Source: an uncultured Gammaproteobacteria bacterium (lineage in GTDB: Bacteria > Patescibacteriota > Microgenomatia > UBA1406). Taken from it: 64,000 nt of DNA. Location: assembly GCA_964414145.1 (NCBI GenBank), contig CAYPVH010000001.1:220851-284850 (forward strand). The letters are read 5' to 3'. The notes under the pieces were generated by a model. It was not told where the DNA came from. It worked only from the letters and a program-made list of their open reading frames with translations, and made no database searches. Each line of letters begins with the position of its first letter. Position 1 is the stretch's first letter. Below are positions 37,749-45,328 of the stretch, in pieces. The translations under genes were made by a program, and so were the position numbers.

Positions 37749-37943
37749 ATGAGCACAGAGAACAAAAAAACCGGATTAAGATTTAATATTTTCGGAGCTG
37801 ATTTGGACATTCATTTCCCATGGGTTCACCCCGTTGATAAATCAAGGGAAGCAGAAGTTAAGAAACTAGTTAATCTTTTTGGAATATTTAGTGTAGGAAT
37901 TCTAGGTGTTGGCGCCAGATCGTGTAGAATCACAGAATTATAA
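37749..37943 (+). CDS. Small hypothetical protein
   Basis: 64-aa ORF only. It overlaps the spurious 5' extension of the lepB track ORF. Confidence 0.25.
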   Translation: MSTENKKTGLRFNIFGADLDIHFPWVHPVDKSREAEVKKLVNLFGIFSVGILGVGARSCRITEL

Positions 37944-37962
37944 GTCGGTATATAATACGCAT

Positions 37963-38493
37963 ATGAATAACAAAGGTTTTTCGTTACTGCTTATTTTATT
38001 GGTTTCTCCAGTTGTTGTAATTCTGTTTAGTCTAATGTTTATTATTTATTGGCAGATTGGTACTCCGGTTAGGATTATGGGTAACTCAATGGTACCAAAC
38101 TATGTTAATGGTGAATTCTATTTAACTAAAAAAAGAACAGAAAATAGTAAATATCTTAGAGGCAATACAATAATATATAAAAGCCCAGAAGATCAAAACA
38201 TTACATATATCAAAAGAATCATAGCTATTTCGGGAGACACCTTAAAAATAGAAGATGGGCAAGTTTGGTTAAACGGGGTTAAGTTAAACGAAAAGCATTA
38301 TGTGGTCAACACTTATACAGCAATTCCAAAAAATGGTGCTTTTTTAGAAGGGGAAATTTTGAAAGTCCCAAAAAATCATTATTTTGTTTTAGGCGATAAC
38401 AGAGCGATTAGCAAAGACTCAAGAAGCTATGGTTTTATTCCCCTTGAAAACATTGAAGGTAAAGTTTGGTTTTGCTATTTCAATTGCAAATAA
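37963..38493 (+). CDS. lepB: Signal peptidase I
   Basis: A TM helix, then the catalytic Ser box GNSMVPN, the Lys box IKRIIAISGD, and GDNRAISKDSR. The ATG at 37963 is preferred. Confidence 0.85.
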   Translation: MNNKGFSLLLILLVSPVVVILFSLMFIIYWQIGTPVRIMGNSMVPNYVNGEFYLTKKRTENSKYLRGNTIIYKSPEDQNITYIKRIIAISGDTLKIEDGQVWLNGVKLNEKHYVVNTYTAIPKNGAFLEGEILKVPKNHYFVLGDNRAISKDSRSYGFIPLENIEGKVWFCYFNCK

Positions 38494-38580
38494 TATTGTA
38501 AACCTATCAGATTTTTTTTGTTATTGACGATATTTAAATGAATTTTAATTTGGGAGTAGTTTATTTTGTTAACATATTAT

Positions 38581-39342
38581 ATGCAGTACAAAGCAATTAT
38601 TTCAGATATTGACGGCACACTCGCACCTGTTGCATTGAAATCGTTACCATCCCCCTACGTTAAAGAAATAATTCGAAAAGTGATTAAAAAAGGATTCTTT
38701 TTTTCTGTGGCAACAGGAAAACCTTTCTTATTAGTCGAAGACCTTATCAATGACCTAAATTTAAAGTCTCCAATAATTATTGACAATGGCGCAGCTATAT
38801 ATGATCCTGTTTCGAAACAGACTGTTGCTGATTTTGTTATTGATCGTAGTGAATCAAAAAAGCTTCTTAAGTTTATTAGGCAAAATAGCAAAGAATACAG
38901 TGTTTCGTGTAGGAAAAATAATTATCATAATTGTTTAGATTTGCCAATAGGTGATGAGGTGCGTAAATTTATTATTCTCGATTTACCACTTAAAAAAGTA
39001 GATAACATTATTAATCAACTACAAACCAAATTTAAGAATCTTCATATAATAAAAACAAGTAGCGATCTTGGAGAACAATACAATGCAATTTACATATCAT
39101 CTTATGAAGCCACTAAGCAACATGCGGTGGCAAAACTTGCCAAGTTATTAAATATATCAACGACAGAGATAATTGGAATAGGCGACCACTATAATGATTT
39201 TCCTCTTCTTATGGCTTGTGGATTTAAGGTGGCAATGGGGAACGCAGTACCGGAACTAAAAGCAATAGCAGATTATATTGGGCCAACCGTAGAGAACGAC
39301 GGACTTGCACACATTCTCAATAAATTTGTACTGAAGGCTTGA
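38581..39342 (+). CDS. Cof-type HAD-IIB phosphatase (second copy)
   Basis: Carries IISDIDGT, IGIGDHYNDFPLL and AMGNA. Confidence 0.8.
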   Translation: MQYKAIISDIDGTLAPVALKSLPSPYVKEIIRKVIKKGFFFSVATGKPFLLVEDLINDLNLKSPIIIDNGAAIYDPVSKQTVADFVIDRSESKKLLKFIRQNSKEYSVSCRKNNYHNCLDLPIGDEVRKFIILDLPLKKVDNIINQLQTKFKNLHIIKTSSDLGEQYNAIYISSYEATKQHAVAKLAKLLNISTTEIIGIGDHYNDFPLLMACGFKVAMGNAVPELKAIADYIGPTVENDGLAHILNKFVLKA

Positions 39343-39387
39343 TGTAAATTACAAGATTACTGTAATGTGTTGACTGAATAATTTTTA

Positions 39388-39570
39388 TTAGGCAAAGCCC
39401 AATACTTTCTTGCAATGAGGACAAATATATGTAGTAACATTAACTCTCCTCATTTCAATTTTTGCAGGCAAAACTCTTTCGATTACATCCATTTCTTGAT
39501 TACAAAAAGGGCATATTGGTTTAGCAGTTGAGTCTTGATATTTTATTTTTACAACCATAACGATTAGCAA
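39388..39570 (-). CDS. Small zinc-ribbon protein
   Basis: Two CxxC pairs (CPFCNQ … CPHCKK). The exact start is uncertain. Confidence 0.4.
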   Translation of the reverse strand: MLIVMVVKIKYQDSTAKPICPFCNQEMDVIERVLPAKIEMRRVNVTTYICPHCKKVLGFA

Positions 39571-39578
39571 ATAATATC

Positions 39579-39598
39579 AAAAACACTTATTAGTGTCT
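39579..39598 (-). terminator. Putative terminator after GIY-YIG copy 2
   Basis: The minus strand reads AGACACT-AATA-AGTGT followed by TTTTT. Confidence 0.4.
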
Positions 39599-39677
39599 AG
39601 AGAGATGGATTCCCCGATGTTACTTTGTTCATTGGGATTAACTTACAGTAATCCTAGTGATTATTCAAAAGAATTTT

Positions 39678-39971
39678 CTATTCTACGGAATATGCGTTCT
39701 GGACTAGAGATTTTAGACTTTCTTTAAGCATTATTCTCAAAGTCTTCTTACCGCAAGTGGTTTTGAAGTACTTTTCTCTTCTTGTTGCATCATGTTTTGA
39801 ATAGAAGAATTCACAAAACAGTAGTGTGAACGGTCTTCGAAAAGAAGTAGCCAAAGAGTGACCGTTGACATGGGCAGTTAATCTGTTGTGAAGATTTGTT
39901 GTATAGCCAATATAGAAACACTTATCCTTTAAACTATACAATACGTAAACACAATACTGGAGTTTCTTCAC
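39678..39971 (-). CDS. GIY-YIG nuclease family protein (small, URI-domain only), copy 2
   Basis: Motif YCVYVLYSLKDKCFYIGYTTNLHNRLTAH…E. The track start (TTG at 40004) lies inside a hairpin, so the in-frame GTG at 39971 is preferred. TATAAT lies 9 nt upstream and there is no SD. Confidence 0.7.
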   Translation of the reverse strand: MKKLQYCVYVLYSLKDKCFYIGYTTNLHNRLTAHVNGHSLATSFRRPFTLLFCEFFYSKHDATRREKYFKTTCGKKTLRIMLKESLKSLVQNAYSVE

Positions 39972-39993
39972 AATACTATAATTATAGACGTTT

Positions 39994-40078
39994 TTGACTC
40001 TCAAGAGTCAAGTAGTGTAGTGAAGTAGAACAGCAGTTCGCTTCACTACCATGAAGTCAACTGCGTTGTACTTCATGG
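39994..40078 (-). repeat. Three consecutive hairpins filling the tRNA-Tyr to GIY-YIG spacer
   Basis: The minus strand reads CCATGAAGT-N12-ACTTCATGG (40049-40078, starting with the tRNA CCA), then TAGTGAAG-N15-CTTCACTA (40018-40048), then TTGACTC-TTGA-GAGTCAA (39994-40011). Confidence 0.75.
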
Positions 40079-40161
40079 TCCAGGGGGATGGATTCGAACC
40101 ATCGAAGACTAATGTCAGCAGTTTTACAGACTGCTCCGTTTGGCCACTTCGGTACCCCTGG
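40076..40161 (-). tRNA. tRNA-Tyr (anticodon GUA), class II long variable arm, CCA encoded
   Basis: CCAGGGG-TA-CCG…CGG-A-GCAGT-CTGTAAA-ACTGC-(14-nt variable arm)-GATGG-TTCGAAT-CCATC-CCCCTGG-A-CCA. Confidence 0.9.
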
Positions 40162-40174
40162 GATGTGGGTTTTA

Positions 40175-40292
40175 TCCCAGAAGTAGCTTTTTCGCTACTG
40201 CGAAATTAGCACTTCGGGATCCCGTATTTCTACGCCAAATTCTATCATAAATTAAGGGATTTTATCAAAAATTTGGCTAGAAAGTACTGGGA
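40175..40292. mobile_element. About 118-nt structured mini-element bounded by TCCCAG…CTGGGA, between tRNA-Tyr and its decayed 5'-half copy
   Basis: The plus strand starts TCCCAGAAGTAGC…(inner hairpin TTTCGC-TACT-GCGAAA)…GCACTTCGGGATCCCG (40175-40224). A second hairpin GCCAAATT-N-AATTTGGC follows. The element ends AAGTACTGGGA at 40292. Confidence 0.5.
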
Positions 40293-40327
40293 CAGACCCG
40301 TGCGTTAGGCCACTCCGCCACCCCTGG
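40293..40327 (-). pseudogene. Diverged copy of tRNA-Tyr nucleotides 1-34 (5' half only)
   Basis: The minus strand reads CCAGGGG-TG-GCG-GAGTGGCCTAA-CGC-A-CGGGT-CTG and is then joined to TCCCAG. The D-stem differs from the intact gene by compensatory changes (GCG/CGC versus CCG/CGG). There is no 3' half. Confidence 0.7.
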
Positions 40328-40463
40328 AATAGATGTATTGTATCAATTTGACAATATAAACGCAAAATATGTTTAACAGGTCAGACCTGTTACGGTTACT
40401 ATTATTTAAATCTAATCTGCTTACTATAAAAGACTTGTTGTTAAATGATAAAATAGGTTAATT

Positions 40464-40535
40464 GGTGCGGTGGCGAAGTGGTAACGCGGCTGTCTGCAAA
40501 ACAGCTATGCAGGGGTTCGATTCCCCTCCGCACCT
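40464..40535 (+). tRNA. tRNA-Cys (anticodon GCA)
   Basis: GGTGCGG…GCTGT-CTGCAAA-ACAGC…AGGGG-TTCGATT-CCCCT-CCGCACC-T. Confidence 0.9.
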
Positions 40536-40597
40536 CAGATTAGTTATCAGTTGTCAGAAATAAGTTGTCAGACACTAGTTATTAGGTAACAAAAGAG

Positions 40598-40945
40598 ATG
40601 TATTCTTTTGAAAAACTTAAGGTTTGGCAAAAGTCTTTAGAGTTAATCAAAGACATATATCGTACGTGTGAAGAATTGCCAAAACAAGAAAGAACAAATT
40701 TAATAGACCAGATAAAAAGAGCGGCAACATCAATAAATTTAAATATTGCCGAAGGCGGTGGGGCAGAAAACAAGAAAGAAAATAAAAGATTTTTATATAT
40801 GGCAAGAAAATCTCTTTATGAAGTAGTAGCAATATTGTTAATTATTGAAAGGCTATACAAAATAGATATAACTAATCAAAGAAAGCAAGTTGATGAAGTT
40901 GGTAAAATGCTTAACGGGTTAATAAAGAGTTATAGTATAAGTTGA
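40598..40945 (+). CDS. Four-helix-bundle protein of the 23S rRNA intervening-sequence (IVS) / Avd-like family
   Basis: Carries FEKLKVWQKSLELIKDIY…LIDQIKRAATSINLNIAEG…RFLYMARKSLYEV, the signature of the S23-ribosomal/IVS-protein family. Confidence 0.8.
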   Translation: MYSFEKLKVWQKSLELIKDIYRTCEELPKQERTNLIDQIKRAATSINLNIAEGGGAENKKENKRFLYMARKSLYEVVAILLIIERLYKIDITNQRKQVDEVGKMLNGLIKSYSIS

Positions 40946-40988
40946 TAACTAGCTAATATTTACTAATAACTGAGAACTGAATGACTAA

Positions 40989-41108
40989 TTTTGACTGACA
41001 ACTGACAACTGAGAACCGACAACAGACAAATTTTGACTGACAACTGACAACTGAGAACCGACAACAGACAAATGTTGACTGACAACTGACAACTGAGAAC
41101 CGACAACT
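40989..41108 (+). repeat. 42-nt tandem repeat, about 2.9 copies, rich in CTGACAAC
   Basis: The unit TTTTGACTGACAACTGACAACTGAGAACCGACAACAGACAAA recurs with a period of 42 (unit starts 40989, 41031, 41073). The array runs up to 5 nt before tRNA-Ser(UGA). Confidence 0.85.
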
Positions 41109-41113
41109 AAATT

Positions 41114-41200
41114 GGAGAGGTGGCAGAGCGGCCGATTGCGCACGCCTTGAGAGCGTGTTTCGTCGTAAGGCGAACGTGGGTTCGAATCCCACCCTCTCCG
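41114..41200 (+). tRNA. tRNA-Ser (anticodon UGA), class II
   Basis: GGAGAGG…CACGC-CTTGAGA-GCGTG-(long variable arm)-GTGGG-TTCGAAT-CCCAC-CCTCTCC-G. Confidence 0.9.
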
Positions 41201-41320
41201 CACTGATATTTCTTAGCGAGTAATCGAGCTTAGAAACAACAGTGCCCGCCAGTAAATGAGAGAAAAAGCCGTGTGTGCTTGTCCTGAGTATCTCGAAGGA
41301 AATATAACCCCATAAGACTT

Positions 41321-41368
41321 GTTCACGAATATGGCGGGCGTATTTACAAGCTACGGCGAGACAAAGTC
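41321..41368 (+). repeat. 48-nt module homologous (45/48) to the sequence immediately 3' of GIY-YIG copy 3
   Basis: GTTCACGAATATGGCGGGCGTATTTACAAGCTACGGCGAGACAAAGTC matches the reverse complement of 48326-48373. No ORF lies between it and tRNA-Ser(UGA). Confidence 0.8.
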
Positions 41369-41541
41369 AGCCGGACAAAAGCGTATGTGGGATTTATATT
41401 TACTGAATCAAAAAAAAGCAAAGTTGTAGAATTATTCCCACTATACATCAGTATGGGTTAAGTGATATAATTTACCTTTCTCTTCTACACTTAAGTCCCT
41501 GTGGTTAGTGCAAGAGATAATATTATTTGAAAACTAAAAAA

Positions 41542-43386
41542 ATGGAAATTAGGAATATTGCAATTATTGCTCACGTTGATCATGGTAAAACTACACTGGT
41601 AGACGCCATGCTTAAGCAAACAAAAACGTTCAGAGAAAATCAAAAAGAAATGAGCGAAGATTTAATAATGGATTCAAACGACTTGGAACGGGAAAAAGGC
41701 ATTACCATTTTGGCTAAAAATACATCGGTTTTTTATGAAAACACAAAAATAAACATCATAGATACACCCGGCCACGCCGACTTTGGTGGCGAAGTAGAAC
41801 GTACCATAAATATGGCTTCCGGCGCTATTCTTTTGGTTGACGCAGCTGAAGGGCCACTACCCCAAACTAAATTTGTATTAAAACAAGCCTTAAAAAATCG
41901 ACTAAAAATAATTCTTATAATCAACAAGATAGATAAACGAGATGCAAGACCAAGTGAGGTAATAACCGAAGTTGAAAACTTGTTTCTAGAACTTGCGGAA
42001 GACGAAACGTCACTCGAATACATTACTCTTTTTGCAGTTGGTCGAGACGGAAAAGTGTTTTATGAGTTACCAGAAAACTATAGTCAGGAAACACCCGGTA
42101 ATTTGGTACCGCTATTTAACACGATAGTCAAAGAATTTCCTAATACATCGATATATAACGAAGAACCGCTTCAAATGGTAATATCAACCCTAGATCATGA
42201 TAGTTATGTAGGCAAGTTATGCATTGGTAAAGTTAGTCGGGGTACACTACATAAAGATCAGTCAATTGTACTAGTTGATGAAAATAATATAGTTGGTAGT
42301 TACAAGGTGCAAAAGTTGTTTACTACAAACGGATTAACCCGGCAAGAAATAGATAGGGTAGAATCGGGTGACATTGCCACATTGGCAGGAATTGCAGAGC
42401 TAACGATTGGTCAAACAGTCTGTGACCCGGAAAACCCAAAAAGTTTGCCCAAAATTGCAATTGAAGAACCAACCATAAAAATGACTGTTGGCCCCAATAC
42501 TAGCCCGCTTTCGGGTAGGGAAGGTAAATATTTTACCTCTCGCCAACTTAAAGCCCGTCTTTACAAAGAAATCGAAACAAATCTTGGGCTAAAGGTTGAA
42601 GATTATGATGAAGGGGCAAAGTTTGTAGTTTCGGGTAGGGGCGAACTTCATTTGTCCATACTTCTGGAACAGATGAGAAGGGAAGGCTATGAAATGGAAG
42701 TTTCTAAACCAGAAGTTATTTATAAAACCATTAATGGCAAAATTTATGAATCGTTTGAAGAGGTCACTATAGAAGTTGACGACGAATTTTACGGTCTGGT
42801 AAGTGAGGAAATGGGCAAACGAAAAGGTATTATGCAAGATATGAAAAAAGAAGGCAGCAGAGCAAGATTAGTCTATAAAATTGCCAGTCGAAACCTGCTT
42901 GGTATTCGTAATGCTTTAATGACTAAAACCAGAGGCACAATGCAAATTTACACCTATTTACTGGGTTATGAACCCAAGGGGCAAAAAATGGAAAGCATTC
43001 GAAACGGCGCTTTAGTTGCGGTAAAGAGTGGTATAGCCGTTAATTATGGTATTGGCAAAGTACAAGACCGAGGAGTGTTGTTTGTTGGGTCGGGTACCGA
43101 AGTTTATGAAGGCATGATTGTTGGTTTGGCCAATAAACCCATGGACATTGAAGTTAATATTTGTAAAGAAAAACAGCTCACCAATAACCGATCGGTTGGT
43201 GAAGGCGTGTCAACACAAATCACGCCACCAACAATTTTAAGTTTAGAGCAGTGTATAGATTTAATTGGTGACGACGAGTTACTCGAAATTACACCCACAA
43301 GTCTTCGTTTAAGAAAAATGTGGCTAAACACGGTTTTGCGAAGAGTTAAGACCAGAAATAAAAAAGATTTAGAACAATCAACATAA
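41542..43386 (+). CDS. typA: Translational GTPase TypA/BipA
   Basis: G1 AHVDHGKTT, G3 DTPGHADF, G4 NKID, plus EF-G-like domains and a C-terminal domain. The ATG at 41542 is preferred over the TTG at 41527. Confidence 0.9.
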   Translation: MEIRNIAIIAHVDHGKTTLVDAMLKQTKTFRENQKEMSEDLIMDSNDLEREKGITILAKNTSVFYENTKINIIDTPGHADFGGEVERTINMASGAILLVDAAEGPLPQTKFVLKQALKNRLKIILIINKIDKRDARPSEVITEVENLFLELAEDETSLEYITLFAVGRDGKVFYELPENYSQETPGNLVPLFNTIVKEFPNTSIYNEEPLQMVISTLDHDSYVGKLCIGKVSRGTLHKDQSIVLVDENNIVGSYKVQKLFTTNGLTRQEIDRVESGDIATLAGIAELTIGQTVCDPENPKSLPKIAIEEPTIKMTVGPNTSPLSGREGKYFTSRQLKARLYKEIETNLGLKVEDYDEGAKFVVSGRGELHLSILLEQMRREGYEMEVSKPEVIYKTINGKIYESFEEVTIEVDDEFYGLVSEEMGKRKGIMQDMKKEGSRARLVYKIASRNLLGIRNALMTKTRGTMQIYTYLLGYEPKGQKMESIRNGALVAVKSGIAVNYGIGKVQDRGVLFVGSGTEVYEGMIVGLANKPMDIEVNICKEKQLTNNRSVGEGVSTQITPPTILSLEQCIDLIGDDELLEITPTSLRLRKMWLNTVLRRVKTRNKKDLEQST

Positions 43387-43428
43387 GGCTTCAATTGACT
43401 ATTAGTCTTAATTTCTCTAAACTGTTTT

Positions 43429-43932
43429 ATGATGCTTAAGCGTGTATTGATTACTATTTTTGCATTTTTATTGCTTGCCTTATTTGTAAATTCAAACCTT
43501 GCTTTGGCACAAACTCCTGTTACTTGCGATCTTTGCGGTCTTTGTACCGGTCAAGAAAAAAGCGCTGTTCAAAACTGGGATTCGTGTGCCCAGTGCCTTT
43601 ATGGTACAGACAACCCTAATGATACTTTAAGCGGATTTGCCGCCCCGCTTGAAGACCAAACTTTTACCGTTTTTGGTTGTGTTAAAACAGATGCCGGTGG
43701 TTTTACCAATTTTTTTATGAATTTTCTGACTTCGATTGTTGGCGGCTTAGGTTTTTTAGGTATTATTTATGGCGCTGTCAAAGTTATGCTGGCGCGGGGC
43801 GATAAAGACGCAATCCGGGAAGGCAAGCGTTATGTGTACGGTTCTATCTTGGGAATTTTAGTGGTTTTGTTTTCGGTATTTATTGTTCGCACCATTGGCG
43901 TTACTATTTTAAATGTTCCCGGTTTTCTATGA
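43429..43932 (+). CDS. Secreted Cys-rich protein with a C-terminal two-helix TrbC/VirB2-like (T4SS-pilin-like) domain
   Basis: A signal peptide and Cys cluster (CDLCGLCTG…CAQC) are followed by …IVGGLGFLGIIYGAVKVMLARGD…YGSILGILVVLFSVFIV. Confidence 0.45.
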   Translation: MMLKRVLITIFAFLLLALFVNSNLALAQTPVTCDLCGLCTGQEKSAVQNWDSCAQCLYGTDNPNDTLSGFAAPLEDQTFTVFGCVKTDAGGFTNFFMNFLTSIVGGLGFLGIIYGAVKVMLARGDKDAIREGKRYVYGSILGILVVLFSVFIVRTIGVTILNVPGFL

Positions 43933-45314
43933 GAAAAATTATTACAGCTATGTTATTTTTGTTTAGCTTGCTTTTGGTATTGCCATTATCGGTACAGGCC
44001 CAGCCGGTCGATTTGTGTGCTGAGGGAATGATTGAGTCTATTAAAATAGAAGCAAAAACTGAGCAAAATAAAACCTATTATTATGAAATATACGAAAATG
44101 GCATTAAAGGCAAAGTCTATAATACAGGAGATATTTATTATGCTGACGAAGCCCTAACAGATAGAATTATAGATATTAGAAATATAGAGATCGTTTACAA
44201 TACCGATTTTATAAATAGCGTTGCTGCAGACAATGGCGGTTTAGGAGAGGCTACAAAAATAAGGTTTAGCGTTCCTCCAAATTTGTTTAATCGTGATAAA
44301 AAAATTAAAGATATTAGAAGTGATAGCTTTTCGCAAACTTTTTCTTTTGTTCCCACCGGTGATGACGTTATTCTAATTTTTGGTAGCGAAATTGTATTGG
44401 AACTAAGAGAAGCACAAGGCGGGAGTAATGTAGTTTGTTCCAGGGGTTATAGCTTTGCAACAGAAGGCAGCAGTAGAATTGGTGATTGTAAATTGGAAAT
44501 GGAACCAGGTGTAGGCGCTACCGTAGACGACGAAATTGTTATTAAAGGTAGTAATATTGATGATGAAGGCGAAGGTTTGAGAGTTTTTTTAAATGGGTCC
44601 GATATTTCACCTTTAAGTTGGAAAGTGCACAAAGACAGTTCAGGGGTTTATTTATCAAAAAATGCTAGTGGATATTTTACCATGGATTTTCCTCTCGGTA
44701 AGAAGTCGGTTGGTAACTATACATTTGATGTTCGTTATGAAGATGGCGATAAAAAAGGCCAGGTTATTTGCTCGTTCAGTTTTCCTGTTGTGCCATATAA
44801 TGCAGTACCAACTCCTGGAACACTGGCAACCAGAACTGCAGAATCAATTTTAACACTTGAAGTAACTTCAACAATGCCACTTTGCGAAACACTAATAGAG
44901 CCGGGCTATGCTACAATTGGCAACGATTGTGCTGAAGGTGGTGACTGCTTAAGCCGTTACGAAAAGTGTATGGAATGCCAAAAATCAGAATCAATCTGGA
45001 CAGGTCTTGGGTGTATTCCAACCAACCTGTCGGGTATTGTTAAATCAATTTTTTCCGTTTTTTCAGGTATTATTGGCGGCATAATCTTTTTATGTATTAT
45101 TGGTAATGGTATTAAGATAATGATGGCGGCGGGTAACCAGGAAACTATAAAAAAAGCACAAGAAGCTTTAACTGCCTGTATTGTTGGCTTTTTAGTATTA
45201 ACTTTTTCAATTTTATTTTTAAAGATTGTAGGAGTAGACATTCTTCGTTTACCCGGGTGGGGTCCAACACAAAATAATGCGGTTGAAATAAGACCGGTTG
45301 ATGGGCCAAGATAA
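43929..45314 (+). CDS. Larger paralog: secreted protein with the same C-terminal T4SS-pilin-like domain
   Basis: ATGA start/stop overlap with the previous gene. The C-terminus CMECQ…GIIGGIIFLCIIGNGIKIMMAAGN…CIVGFLVLTFSILFL parallels that of 43429-43932. Confidence 0.45.
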   Translation: MRKIITAMLFLFSLLLVLPLSVQAQPVDLCAEGMIESIKIEAKTEQNKTYYYEIYENGIKGKVYNTGDIYYADEALTDRIIDIRNIEIVYNTDFINSVAADNGGLGEATKIRFSVPPNLFNRDKKIKDIRSDSFSQTFSFVPTGDDVILIFGSEIVLELREAQGGSNVVCSRGYSFATEGSSRIGDCKLEMEPGVGATVDDEIVIKGSNIDDEGEGLRVFLNGSDISPLSWKVHKDSSGVYLSKNASGYFTMDFPLGKKSVGNYTFDVRYEDGDKKGQVICSFSFPVVPYNAVPTPGTLATRTAESILTLEVTSTMPLCETLIEPGYATIGNDCAEGGDCLSRYEKCMECQKSESIWTGLGCIPTNLSGIVKSIFSVFSGIIGGIIFLCIIGNGIKIMMAAGNQETIKKAQEALTACIVGFLVLTFSILFLKIVGVDILRLPGWGPTQNNAVEIRPVDGPR

Positions 45315-45328
45315 GATATAATAGGCAT

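Noticed and set aside
40076-40078. The encoded CCA on tRNA-Tyr (the only one in the window) as a sign of foreign origin
   Set aside because: The CCA is the first three bases of the trailer hairpin CCATGAAGT…ACTTCATGG. tmRNA and tRNA-Ser(GCU) have CC at the same place, so it may be a by-product of the trailer structure.
40598-40945. Diversity-generating retroelement, because the four-helix-bundle protein is Avd-like
   Set aside because: No reverse transcriptase and no template/variable repeat pair is present in the window. The neighbouring repeats are short tandem units, not TR/VR.
40989-41108. Possible CRISPR array near a small accessory gene
   Set aside because: The 42-nt units are directly contiguous with no unique spacers. 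There are only about 2.9 copies and no cas genes in the window. It is a simple tandem repeat.
40953-41203. Two minus-strand track ORFs (79 and 72 aa) with repetitive CRFSVVSCQS / GSQLSVVSQ sequence
   Set aside because: They are translations of the 42-nt tandem repeat and run across tRNA-Ser(UGA). The repetitive peptide is an artefact of the DNA repeat.
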